Assembly: GCA_965649825.1 (NCBI GenBank)
Contig: OZ287696.1
Span: forward strand, 2,047,724 to 2,111,723
Direction: 5' to 3'
DNA: 64,000 bases
Source of the DNA: Penicillus capitatus
Lineage: Eukaryota > Plantae > Chlorophyta
Shown piece by piece: positions 47,777 through 60,273 of the stretch (the stretch's first letter is position 1; each line of letters opens with the position of its first letter). The position numbers and the translations under genes were made by a program. The notes under the pieces are model-generated. The model saw only the letters and a list, made by a program, of their open reading frames with translations. It was not told the DNA's origin and ran no database searches.

Positions 47777-48626
47777 TTAATTTTTCGACAGAACTAGTCT
47801 GGCGGCGACTCGCCATCGAGAAGAGGGATCTGCTTTGCGTAAGAGTCGTTCGAACACCCAGTAGTCTTCCACATCATAGGCTTTTTCTTCTGAACCGGCA
47901 ATGCACCTGCCCTTGTCATCATAGGCAACGAATTTCTGTTTGTTCTTGAAGAGGAACGTGCATTGAGCAAAGGACGGAGAGTGCTTGTTGTCCGGAACGC
48001 CTAACACCCGTCCTCGGATGAGCTTGATCTTCTTGTCACTCGAATCCAACGACCAGTGAATTCGGCGACAGCCATGCGCTTTTCGAATCCTTATGTCTTT
48101 CTTGATCTCTCCTGCGACTTTAGAGGTGGCTAGCTAAACAGCAGATGTCATTCATTCTTTGAGAAGGCAGAGATGGAAAGGCACACCTTGCCAATGGTTT
48201 TCTTATCACCGACGGCCACTGCACGAGAGAGTCTCGTATAGATGTCGACGGCGTCGCGCTTGAAGGAAAAGAACTTGAAATCATCAAGGTGATTTTGACA
48301 GGTACGGATGCAGTAGACATTCTTGATAAAGTCCTCCACACGTGTGCGAATATCTCGCCATCCTTTCGGATGAAAGAACGCCAGAGGACTGAGCCATGGC
48401 CGTGGTCCTTTGTAGGGATCGCCAACGATATTGGCAGAGTCTATCCGAAAGCTGATGTTGGGACCCCGCGCTTGGTACCCTAAACATTCGAATATCCTTC
48501 TCGAAAGACGTCATCATCACACGCACGCTGTTCATCCGAGAGACTCTGCGGTGGTGGGGTTCCCGGTATTCGATAAGTACGGACACTGCGCATCGATAAA
48601 GTCGCACAAGTGCAGGTCATCTGCAT
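47777..48626 (-). CDS. Tim44-domain protein, mitoribosomal mL45-like; 5' end uncertain
   Basis: VGDPYKGP..PKGW, AVDIYTRLSRAVAVGDKK, FAQCTFLF, AYDVEDYWVFER, WRVAARL. Confidence 0.75.
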
Positions 48627-48835
48627 CTCTTACCGGACACTCGACTGCCCCATCGCATACACAACATCTGTCAAAGCGCCACGGTCACAGAGAGAGCGCT
48701 ACAGACAGATCTTGGCGTTGGGTGCTCTAACAGCGATGTACTTACGGGCGACAACAGCGTGGCGCCTGCACAGACGAGACGTGACGAAAGCATCTCGCGT
48801 TGGATCACGACCGCCAGTGCCGTACGCAGAAGACG

Positions 48836-51624
48836 TTACAACCTTTCGCCCGTGGAATCTCGAAGTTCCTGAGCGTCAGGCTTGCCCAGTTCGGAGGCGC
48901 ACAGAGAGATGCCCCTTTTCGTGAGTCGGCTTTCTATCGCTGCCAATGTGGCGAGAATATCGGCATAGTGACTGTCATACCAATAGATAGCAAAGCCTTT
49001 GGTCTGGGCGTATTGATCTCGGTACTGCAGGCCACGAAAGCGCTGGAGGCGAATGGTTGGCACCATTCGGCGGATCTCAAGGCTGACCCGGTGGTCTGGA
49101 CGCGTCAAAGTGGGAGATGGCTTGTCCACGATTGGAATCTTATCTGGTGATTTTAGCCTTTTGATTTTTTGGTTGTACCACCGTCGCACGCGGCGAACTA
49201 TCTGAAAGAAGTGCAATGCGTAAAGTCGCTGCTGCAAAACAGATCGACGATGCGCTTCCTCGACGTCATCTGTGAACTGGCCATTGGGTCCAACGACACC
49301 ATCCATGCAAGCGCATGTCTTTGCATTTGAGGATACTCCTTTGCGATTTCTCTCCTCTCTTTTCGGCGTCTCTCTCATCGACAAGATCCAGCTGGCATAC
49401 GCATCTGTGTACGCTCGAACGGGCAGCGTTCGCCATTGCTGACGGTGCACAGATCCGAGAGCGAAGAATGGGTCTTCATCCAAGCAGAGTTCGAGACTTG
49501 GCTGCATCTCACCGAGGCGAAAGATCCACGTCGTTTCTTTTGCATTTCGCTTCTCTGGTGTCCATCTCCATAACGGATCGAAACGTTTTGAGCGTCCTTT
49601 CGCTGTTTTCCACTTCAGCTCTTGGATGGCACGAAGGAGAAACCGTAAATCGTCTTCTTCTGCGAACGCATAGCGTCTCAAAACACCGACGACTGTTCTC
49701 GGAGACACATGCGATGGACGGAGGAAGCAACGCATCAGCTCAGCGTCTGGTGGAATGTCTCCGACAACATCTCGACGCTTGTTAACGAACTCCAGAAACG
49801 ACGAAAGGAGAACACATGTCTCTTGCACAACATCCGTCTGGCGGATCGGATGACGACGCCTCTGATTTTCGAGGTTGCGAAGGGCCAGGAGAAGAAGAGA
49901 AGGACTGGAAAGAAAACGTTTCAAGGGTAATGGTGCAGGATCCGTTTCTCTGTTAGTCAAGAAATCAAGAAACCGAAGGAGTGTACCCACAACCCCGTTA
50001 GCGACTTCTCCTTCTCGCGTCTTTGGTGCCGGAGGATATTTTAATCCTAAAAAGAAAGCCTCGGGATAAAGAGCGCGTTACAAGCGAGATGCGTACGCGA
50101 TTGGACGTCTCGCTCGATGGGTATCGCCGGACGAATAAACAACGGTTTTTTGCGAGGATCTCGAAGGAAAAGACTGCAGAGGGGTGCGCAACGAAGAAGG
50201 CGGAAATAGACGATGGAACCTGATGTGTCTCCGTGAAGATGTCTTCGGCAGAACCATGGTTGCTAAGTGGTCGCCATAGCAAAAGCGAATGCCGCAACAA
50301 TGCAGGACACCGAGAAAGCGATTCAGATGAGCATGCATGGTGCGTGATCACCGAAAACAGTGTTCTCTAATGAATCCAGCTGACTATTCTAAGTATGACT
50401 TGTTCAAACACTCCGGGGAGAAACATTCGTAGAGAATGGATTGAACAACATTGAGCAACTCAGAACGCAAGGCTTTCAACGGCAACCGGGGGTGTTCGGA
50501 ATCTCTTATCAGATCCCTAGCAGTCATCAACTCCAAAGTCAAGGTGCAAATCAGTGTCGTGTGTAAACAGTTCGCTGTCTTCATCGAGTGTCTGAGCAAT
50601 TGCTAGAAGAATTCGTTCACCAGACTGCTTGCAAAGTTTTCCTTTCTTTCATGCAGCACTTTGAAAGGACACTCAGCAGATGACCCTCCTCTTGTTAGGT
50701 AAGTATGATGATCCACGTGTTGTAGCAATAGAGGCCTTATAGAGAGAGGAGTACTGTCACAGAATGCATGAACTCTCGAAATGGATTCAAGCAAAGTTAA
50801 AGTGTTATTCACAGGGAAGGAAGAAAGCAAGCGTGTTTTACCGAAACTCCTACTATCGCACATCTAAGCTTTGTTAGCTTCTGCATAAAGAGGCTCAGAT
50901 CTTCTGGTCTCCACATTCTTTGTTGATTCTCTTTGCAGCGAATCATTTTGCGACGTCTCGGAATGCTCCGCCCTTTTGTGAGCAGTTCTGGACTACAAAC
51001 ACTTTTTTCTGGTGTCTTTTACACATTTTTTGTGAAGAACCATGAGTTTGCAGCATTCTGACTGCTTATGAAAGACCAATCCGAGATACAACGAAAATCT
51101 CTCATTCATACTTACATCAATGTCAGCGGAAGGCTTCACGTATTACAGAGCAAAAGGTTCACATGTGTTCACGTTCATGTCTTTATATGTCATAGGTGAC
51201 ATGACACGCCATATAGGGGCCCCTTCGGAGACAGAACCCTTGGACAACAAGACACGTCACATCGTGACGTCCCTGTTCTTCTGACAATCAAATCATCAAA
51301 CCATTGTGTCGCCAAGATCTGGCTTGGCGATGTGACTGCCTCGTTTCTGAGGAGTTCATGTCTTGGGGGGACGCAGGCTGACTCACCTGAGGCGCTATCC
51401 TCTGGTTCTGGCGCGAGGGTGACTCACCTGCCCAGAGGGTCACATCGCTTGAAACGGATAAAAACCCTGGGTCTGTGAACCTTTGTAAGCCTTTTGCGTT
51501 CTGCGTTACGTGCGTGTGTAAGCGAAATCCATCCTGGATAACGACGAAGCGCAACCGCCTTCGCGTCCAGTTGTTCCTTACCCGCCTTTGTACCAAAATA
51601 CGCCATATCTGTCAGCGCTAGCAT
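48836..51624 (-). CDS. Large uncharacterised protein: 384-codon terminal open frame plus several upstream exons
   Basis: A stop-free frame runs 49,990-48,836. Upstream are canonical donors (GTGAGT, GTAAGT) and an acceptor with a CTAAC branch motif. No recognised domain; the exon model is tentative. Confidence 0.5.
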
Positions 51625-52077
51625 TCTTCAGACAAGCGGAACGTGGGAGCTCTGACGTGACTGAGTCCATTGCGCAGGACGGTACTCAAGTCGACGATCG
51701 ACTGGTCCATCCTGTGGAGACAGGGCCAACCGACGCAGAAGCCGACGAAGAAGCACCACGAAGGGAATTATCCCAAGAGCGACACATTGAGCATTGACCA
51801 CCGTCAATCGAAATCGTCGTCAGGACGGCGTATACAAGGAATCGATCATTCGATACCGGAACCTCAAGAGAAGTACTGCAGAAAACAGATTTCACTAACA
51901 CAAAGATCGATCGATGCATGCACGAACTTTGCGAGTGGTGTGCGTCGAGTGCGTGATAGTCGACGAAGACGTTTGTGTACCTTAGTTGATGTTTGCTACT
52001 CTCCACGTTGCATAAAGAGACGCCTCTTTTCAACTGCGACATATTTCATTCGTCGTTCTTTTCGACGGAGGGAGTCA

Positions 52078-53661
52078 ATGTATCGTACTTTCTTAGATAA
52101 TTTCTTAAATGACGCCGATCCGGCGAACTTAGTTAGATACATGATTCGTTTCAATGCAGAGGTCGGGAGAAATCGATAAGCCCGATGACGATGACGCCAG
52201 CAGGCACGTTTCCTTCGCAATGACGGCGTCCAAAAAGATATTGATGCTCCCAACAGCAGCGAGCCAGACCTCGAGGCATTTGAGCGTGAGTATCTGCAGG
52301 ACCGCTCTTACGAGTTTTTGGCCGAAGACGAAGATGGACGCCTATTGCCTCAGGTCGGTCCTCTCTTTCGCCTTCCGTTCTGTCTCAGAGCGGATCTCGT
52401 AGGATACCACAGAAGAACAGCGTGTGAAGAGGCAACGAATTGTCGAACGGTATCAGACGACAGGCGTGAAACGAGGCCTCATACGCTTTGTACTGTTGGT
52501 TCGTCTCATTCTCGAGTATATTGTCTAGAATCGTGTGTATTGTTTAGATTTTGGATGCATCTGAGGAATCGGCACTTGATGATCCTGAATACAAGCCCAA
52601 TAGATTTGCCGCCATTGTTCGAGCGTCAAAGCAATTCGTTTGGTCGTTCTTCGATCAGAATCCTCTCGGTCAAATTGGCATCCTTCTGCTGAAGAATGGC
52701 AGATCCCAGATGTTGAGTCCTCTCTCACCGATCCCCGTGTGTTACCCGCCGCAGCGTTTTGAGCATTGCATCCAACCATGTTCGGTTGTAGGAGGCGCAC
52801 TTGCGAAAACTCGATCACCAGCTTGACCTGGAAGGAACCGTTTCGCTACAGAATGGTCTAGATCGAGGAATGGATATTCTGAAGAGTGTGCCTGGTCATG
52901 GACATCGAGAAGTGATCCTCCTGCTGTCTGCTGTGAGCACCTGCGATCCTGGTGACATCTTTCATACCATCCAATGCCTTAAAGTCGCTTTGCCGACAGA
53001 ATGCGTAAACGCTATTTTCAAATGTGTGACCAGGATGCACATGTCAGAGTGACAATTGTGGGATTGCATGTACATGCACATATCCGTCAGGTGATTGCAA
53101 AAGAGACGAATGGACAGCATTTCAGTTGTATGTCGGAATCGCACCTCGCTGAATGTCTCAGTGCACTCGTCCCAGCACCGGCTGCCCTTCAACATGCGAC
53201 AAAGCCGACCCTCGTGCTTTGTCGTGGTTTTCTGGGCTACGATTCTCATCTCTGTTTGTGGGTATTAGGTGAGGATGGGTTTTCCAGAGAAGAATCCGGA
53301 TGGACCAAGGGGCGTAGCATTTGAGGGCGTAGAATCATTGCTGACGGACGGGGGATACACGTGCAACCGATGCAAGGCACGGGTAGCCGAATTGCCCTGT
53401 CACTGTCACAGCTGCGGCTTGACGCTCGTTTCTGCCCCACAACTGGCACGATCCTATCACCATCTATTTCCAGTGGAACCTTTCGTCGAGGTCCAACCAC
53501 CTGATGGAGTCTCCTGGGAATGCTACGGGTGCTTGAGGGCACTAGCACCAGAAAACGGTTTAATAACACGCTGTCCAAAGTGCGAAGGGGTCTTCTGCTT
53601 TGATTGTGATATGTATATTCATGAGACATTGCACAATTGTCCACAGTGCCTCGTCTTGTAA
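52078..53661 (+). CDS. GTF2H2: TFIIH subunit p44 (GTF2H2/Ssl1); start uncertain (52,078 or 52,141)
   Basis: LEAFEREY...LAEDEDG, GLIRF, FFDQNPLGQIG, SLQNGL, STCDPGDI, GYTCNRCKARVAELPCHCHSCGLTLVSAPQLARSYHHLFP, CFDCDMYIHETLHNCPQC. Confidence 0.95.
53657..53661 (+). terminator. TGTAA polyadenylation-signal motif overlapping the p44 stop codon
   Basis: ...ttg TAA forms TGTAA, the established chlorophyte near-upstream poly(A) element. Confidence 0.5.
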
Positions 53662-53822
53662 CACGTTCAGAGACAGCTGATTGCCGAACGCGTGTCCATT
53701 CTCGTCGACACGTTTGGCATACCGGATTTGAACAGGAAAGAGTCGTTGGGTGTGGAAGTTTTGGTCGGTAATGACACATCATGTGCGCGACGTCTTAATA
53801 GTGTCGATCATGTCTGCGGGAT

Positions 53823-56800
53823 ATGGCCGGGAGTAAAGTCTTTCCCTTCAAGACGTCAAACGCAGAAGAGAGTCCATCCGAAGAGACGATCGACAGAGCA
53901 AGAGATGCAAAAAGGCGCCTTACTGGCGAAATGCGAGTAAAGACATGCAATGCGTGCTCTCATGCTTTTGCAAAACCCTCTACGGAACGGAGCGCTCTGA
54001 CACTTTTCCGCAGGAAATCGAACTCAAGTCCAAAATGCACGCACACACTATCGACGGTAGGCGCGCGCGTAAGTGTTTTCGCAAGTGCGCTGTCTTCGGA
54101 TCAATCTAGACGACGTGGCAATTCGGATTGGCAGCAAAGAGAAGAGATGGTCAAGCGAGCTCATGCATCTCGACTCGATGGACGAGGACTTCCAGGAGAA
54201 ACGTAAGCTGCCTGCCTTAAGGAATTCGCGAAGAGGTCTCTGTGTGGCTCTGGTTGCAGCGGAGAGGAGTAGCGCGTCTGTCTTTGATCTGCTCGGCGTC
54301 GATAAATCGCGGTCGCGGTCTCCTTGGCGGAACAAACTGCAATCCGTTCTGGATGGCACGGCGATGACGACGTTTATGACGTTGCTGACGATCGTCGTGC
54401 TCTTCCTGGATGACATCCGCGTTGCTGTGATGCCTCCAGAAGCAGACAGACCCATTGTCATCATTACTTACGTCGCCTTTGTCTGCTTTGCCGTCGAACT
54501 CAGTACGTTTAGAGATTATTTGCGGCTACATCAATACTGTTCCGATGGTGTGCAGTTTTGAATTCGCTCTCGAAGCCGAAGTTCTTTCTGGGCTTCTACT
54601 TCTGGCTGGATCTCGTTTCGACGCTCTCTCTTATGGGAGATATTCCGGAGTTTATGCAGCTGATAATGGGCGAATCCGAAAATGGAAACGGTGGAGTTAA
54701 CGAATCCACCACCCTTGCTCGGGCTGGCAGAACATCCCGAGCAGGAACCCGCGCCGGGAGGATTGCCAGAGTACGACCGACATCCGCCTCCGTGGTTCGA
54801 TTGACGCTCGACTGGTTTTTAGGTCATGAGATTGGTGAGGCTGATTCGTCTCGTCAAACTCTATAGACAGTACGAAAGCAACAAGGACAAACAGAGCGAT
54901 CTGCGTGAGTCTCCAGAGGATATCGATGTAGATGTGGCAGAGAGTCGTGTTGGCCAGAGGCTCTCCGGTACTCTGATTGTCATCGTATGACGTGCCTTTC
55001 ATCTTCGATCTAGATCTTACAACAAGAAGAGTGATCATCGGTGTGTTGGGCATGCTCTTTATTCTTCCTCTCTTTGAGATCGAAGGCGGATACTATGGAC
55101 AGTTATCGACATTTGATACAGAAGGCTTGGAAATGATTCATGAAGTTGCCCTCGGCACAGATGCCAATTCGACAGCTGTCGAACACTCAATCAATGTCTG
55201 GCACCGATTTCATGAAAGAATCTCTTTTGATGGCAAAGTGTGACCGTAGGTGTTTTCGGAAAATGTGCATTACAGTCTGGGTAACGAGTATACATCACAC
55301 ATTTTGGAACTCGTGGTTCTGAATGTGACAAAGATCGAACGGGAGGCAATACACGATCATCGTACCCAAGAAGTGTCCAGTAGTCGGTACGAAACGGATG
55401 CCTGTCGTGTTGGAGATTGGGATCACTGCTACACAACGACAGCACTATTCGACACCAAATGGGCCTTTCAACTGAATGCCATACTGAACATCGTCAAGAC
55501 CATCTTTATTATCCTTGTCTTGGGACTTGGAGCTCTCTTCTTCAGTCGTGATGCAAACGAACTGGTTCTGCGACCATTGGAAAGAATGATCCGAACGGTC
55601 CACAACCATCCTCTTACGTGCAAGGTCATCCACTCATAGTTGTGTGCAGGTCAAAGAGATCTCTGAGAATCCATTGGCGAGGCAAGCGATCTCGGAGGAG
55701 CTGGAAGAGAAGAAGGAGGATGTCGACATGGAGACGCGCATTCTAGAGGCTTCATTGAAGAAAGTCCGTTTCCATCCCTTCTCTGTCGGATCCATCAGTC
55801 ATTGCTTGCTGTCTGTCGACTGCGGCAGGTCTGCTCGTTGTTGGCAGTCGGCTTTGGCGATGCCGGTGCTCAAATCATTGCCGAGAACATTAAGAACGGC
55901 GGAGCGCTAAATCCTATGGTCCCAGGCCGCAAGATGATCGCTATCTTTGGCTTCTGTGATATTCGGCAGTTCACCGATACCACCGAAGTCTTGCAGGAAG
56001 AGATCATGGAGTTTGTCAATGCCATTGCGCAAATTGTGCACTCAGAAGTCGCCTACCACGGCGGAGCAGCCAATAAGAACATAGGGGATGCCTTCCTCCT
56101 CGTCTGGAAACTCCCCAATTCGACACGCACGCGAGATGTCCGAGCGATTGCCAGCGAAGGAGAAAAACCGAGTGATTTCAAGGCAAGCCATGCGTCAAGT
56201 GGGTTGCGTCCCAAGAGCGTACGTTTCGTTGTAGATACAGAGTATGATGCGCAGGCAAGTGAGCGAAGTCTCCGCCTTAAGGTGCGACACACTGCCCACT
56301 TCTCGATCCCTCTCTCTGTATCCCCATGCGACTCTCTCGAATCTCCGAGAGAGCAGAGAAGATCGCAGAATCGCCATTCAGAATGTTGCCGACAAAGCCT
56401 TAGCCGCATTTATTGTTATCCATGCAGCCATCAAGCGCTCGGCACACATAAAGACTTATACAGGTAGGGAACACCTGTGTGCACCTGATGATGATGACAA
56501 TTGCTGCCTGGACTAGAGAGAGGCGACCTGAACCAACGCATGCCCGGCTTTCAAGTGCGGATGGGTTTTGGTTTGCATGTGGGATGGGCAATCGAGGGGG
56601 CTATTGGATCGGACTACAAGATCGATGCTTCATACTTGTCACCTAATGTCAACATGGCGTCGCGTTTGGAGGCAGCCACAAAGCAATTCCGAACCAGTGT
56701 TCTTTTGAGCAGTGATTTCGTGGGTTGCCTCTCTCCCAAGGTCACCTGCGCCTTGAAGACGTGACTCCTGAATCGTTTTATGGCGGGTCTAGGTACAGTC

Positions 56801-57227
56801 ACGGGTGCGTCAAATTGACCAAGTAACGGTGAAAGGCAGTAAGAAGCCCATGGGTCTGTTCACTTATGATATTGACTTGGACGCAATTGCCGAGCCACAA
56901 ATCTCAGACACATCATCCGACTTGGCATACATAAGCTATTCCAAACAGGAATACAACAATGAATGGATGGAACACCCGGATTTATCCAAAACATGGGCTG
57001 TTGATGAGACGTTCTTAAGCACCTTCGCCACTGGATTCGAGCATTACAGAGGCGGAGACTGGACTCAAGCCAGAAGTGTTCTGGAGGAATGTCGATGGGC
57101 ACGTCGCGATTCCAAGAATGAGAAGGTTGAGGATGGACCAAGTGTGACACTGCTTGAGTACATGGCTCAGTTTGATTACCAAGCGCCAGACGATTGGCCT
57201 GGATTCAGAGAATTGATTGAAAAGTGA
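53823..57227 (+). CDS. Membrane adenylyl cyclase: voltage-sensor-like TM domain + class III cyclase + short TPR-like tail (alveolate ACalpha-type)
   Basis: Hydrophobic helices, YFWLDLV, an Arg-periodic S4-like RAGRTSRAGTRAGRIAR..RLVRLIRLVK, LAVGFGDAG, FCDIRQFT, NKNIGDAF, MGFGLH.GWAIEGAIGS.YKIDASY, NMASRLE, VTVKG. Confidence 0.9.
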
Positions 57228-57368
57228 TACAGTCACACATTCCTTGCACGGCTACGCTGTTTGCATCTTCTTCGCCATCTCAGTCTCCATTTCTTATATC
57301 CATGCAAAACGGATATTGTCATCGCCTGCGAAGAACATGTGGAAGAATCGTCCCAAAGTGAATGTATC

Positions 57369-57373
57369 TGTAA
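57369..57373 (+). terminator. TGTAA polyadenylation-signal motif of the cyclase gene
   Basis: TGTAA lies about 140 nt after the stop at 57,227. Confidence 0.5.
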
Positions 57374-57895
57374 ACATGCGTGTTGCAAGGTGCAGTGACG
57401 GAGATGGTTATGGTCGCGTTAGACTATCTGGTTGATGTGTTTGAGCTGCTAACGAGATTGTGTGGACGATAAACAGTGGACACATGCACCGTCAGACGGC
57501 CACGGCAGGAGTGGAATCTACATTTCGAATGTGTGTCCTGTTCTATACATCCAACAGGCCTAAGCGTGTCGTTACATTGGGGATATCTCCTGGATCCTCT
57601 CTGTGTCTCCTGTCTGTGTCACTAGTCTCTTTCTATTTGCCATTTAGTGTACGTTTCTTATTATGTGAATGGATGGATGGTGGTTGCTCCGTCGGTGATT
57701 AATGAGATACTCGTTTCTGGTGATCTCGCACTATCATTACCAATTCGCTTTGTATCAGAAATTGCACGGAGTGATTCGTGCGGAAATCTTACATGCGCAC
57801 CTTACGCATTCGAATCCATGGGACATTATTATTGAGAGGCAAGATAGAAATGCTCTGCGCCTCGAATGGACGACTGTCAAGCAACCCTTGCCTGA

Positions 57896-59891
57896 TCAGA
57901 GTTCCTTTTTGGAATTCTGTCGATCCTCCTCAGCAGATGAGAGTGCGCACATCTCCGTTATCGAATCTGCTGATGCGATAGTAGAGTCACTGCCTTTCTG
58001 TTCGCGATCAATTGTCATGTCCTCTTCGAGTTCCTCTTGTTGATTGTCGAAATCGCGTGTCAGGCATTCAACCACTAGGGCTTCTCTTGCCGATTTCCCT
58101 TTGTACTTGTCCTGATGATCTGTGCCTTTCGGCATGAAGCTGATCGCAATCTCACTCTCTCTTCCAGTTCCAGTCGGAAAGATGCCTTTCACTGGATGCG
58201 ACAGGTCACCATCCCCCAAATCTCGAACGGAAGAGACACTAAACTTAATTTTGAATGCATGCGTCAGGTGTTGTTGATAAGAGATTTCTCCCGAGGCAAG
58301 ATCGACACGGATAGGTAACCTGGTTGTCTGCGGCATGTATGTCACATGATAGCCTCGGTCCGACAGTATATCTATCAGGATGTCTATTGCCATAGGGTTC
58401 TTGGAAAAGAGTGAACTTTGACTCAAGTACTGCGCTTCTCCTGCCATCCCTGAACGTTTGAGGATGGGCAGGACTCCGCGATCGATGATCTCGATCACTT
58501 TGTGGAAAAGTTCCGAATGTGAGAGAGCATAGGTGTCTAGTCGTGCCGTCAACTGTTGACGACTTATTCGAGAAAGCTCCTTAGCCATCGGCAGGTGCCG
58601 TATGGCATCATAAGTCACAGCTTCCAAATCTGTGGAGCTCTGATACCTTAACTCCCTTGAGATCTGCCTTCTGGTGTCATCCAGAGTGCCCACGGCATCG
58701 ATCAAGTGAAAAGGAAAGAAGCTCTTCAGTCTGAGAAGCGTACCATAATGCGATTTGAAGATCGTATAGCGCTTCTTGGCATTCTCGTTATCCAAATCCG
58801 TTGAACGGATGTCTCCAAGAGCCTGAATGCACACCGTGAAGAGCAGATGTCTTGTTGGGAGATCCTGACTCTTGGATCATCTGTCCCTGCATCCTGTGCC
58901 CTTTGAGATTTCTCCGTTTGCTGGACGCCTCGTTTTCGTTGACGCTGTATGCTGGTGGCCTCATCGACATGAAGAACGACGACTTTAAATGACGGCTTCG
59001 GAATGATGATCCCTGGCGCCATATCTCTTTTGATGTTATATAGCTGCATTAGCTTGTCGTGCAGCAGCTTGAGAGTGTCCACCTGATTGAGTTCTCACAC
59101 TTTCAGTTGGCTAGAAAAGAGAGTTTTTCACTTGAATGGGTGTTCGAGGAAAACCTAGAAAACAGTGAGATCGGAAGACGGCGGTAAAGAACTCAATCGC
59201 TTGCCATCGATGATCATTCCGATGCCGTCATTCCTGGCAGGATCGAAGATCTCACACAACAGCGCATCCAAAACAATACTCTCTGGAATCAATTCGCCCT
59301 TCTCCATGTAAGACTGCGAAACCGGAGAGGCTGCCTATCACATATATTAAACGGTTAACCAGGTCACTCTTTGTAAAGAGCGAGGAAACAGTACAAGCAA
59401 TTCTGACAGAGAGATGGATCGGCCAAGTCCACGGCTTTTGAGAATGAATGGCGTGTTCGTTCCCTAACGGGCAAACTCGTCGGAGAGAACAACAGATCAA
59501 TTCACACTTTTCCGGATCCGGGCGCACCGTTCAGCCACACGATTTCCCTCGGAATCACCAAATCCTGAAGAACAGATAAAACAGCAGAGCATGGAGAGGA
59601 GAGAACTACCGTGCCATATGTGTTCTGGATAAACGTCCAAACATCCTCGAACAGCTGCCGTGCCTCGGAGGTGACGCGTGGGGCGATTGAGGAAGGAACT
59701 GGTGAAGCGCTCTTTACGTCTCGATGTATCCAGCGACATTGAAGCTGTGCAGCTGTTCGACAGATTCCGGTCGGGCTTTGTCTTAGGACCACTGTTCGCT
59801 TTGTTTGCTCAATCGGAGTCGATAGTGAAACGAATTCCGATAGAGAAACCGGCAGCAGCCATCGAAATCTTAAAACACTGTGGCGTAACAT
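57896..59891 (-). CDS. Adenylate kinase-like P-loop protein with a long C-terminal extension
   Basis: Spliced EIVWLNGAPGSGKGTNTPFIL, LDGFPR-like region, VLHVDEATSIQRQ, ELRYQSSTDL, DILSDRGYH; organellar-targeting-like N-terminus. Confidence 0.8.
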
Positions 59892-60273
59892 ATCACAATT
59901 GCGTGCGTGTATCTGCGTTCACATGCACGACAGTAGAGCAGACGAGAATGTCGTACACCATGGAAATGACCGAAACATTTACTGCGATTCCAATTTTTCC
60001 TCGCGTACCACTGCATTCCTGTATGTACGTTATCTTATCTCGAGAGAGCAAAACATGACGGAATGAGAGCAGAGGTCGGCTACTGAGCAGTTAGGTCCAA
60101 TGAGTGACCGAGAATTGGTAAGCGATTTCTGGCTGTCTGGCCGGCTCGAAATCAGGAGTCTCCCTGGTCGAATGAATGCTAAAAATAAGATAACTGAGAC
60201 CAACCAGGTCGCACACAGACATCAACATCTGTTCTTCGATGTCCTGTTCAGCGTTTACATGCGAGATAAACGT

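Noticed and set aside
50078-51196. TAA/TAG read as Gln (as in some Ulvophyceae), suggested by a long frame broken mostly by TAR codons
   Set aside because: The conserved exons I decoded contain no in-frame TAR. HYOU1, p44, the kinase and SAD end at TAA/TAG in the expected places. The stops fit intron sequence.
53662-53940. Stop-codon readthrough of p44 into a 90-codon in-frame extension
   Set aside because: p44 ends at its normal C-terminal zinc domain. The extension overlaps the start of the cyclase in another frame and has no motif.
57240-57890. Short + strand ORFs between the cyclase and the kinase, and similar ORFs at 47,287-47,949 and 61,557-61,979
   Set aside because: No motifs or consistent splice structure. 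They are best explained as UTR/intergenic sequence.
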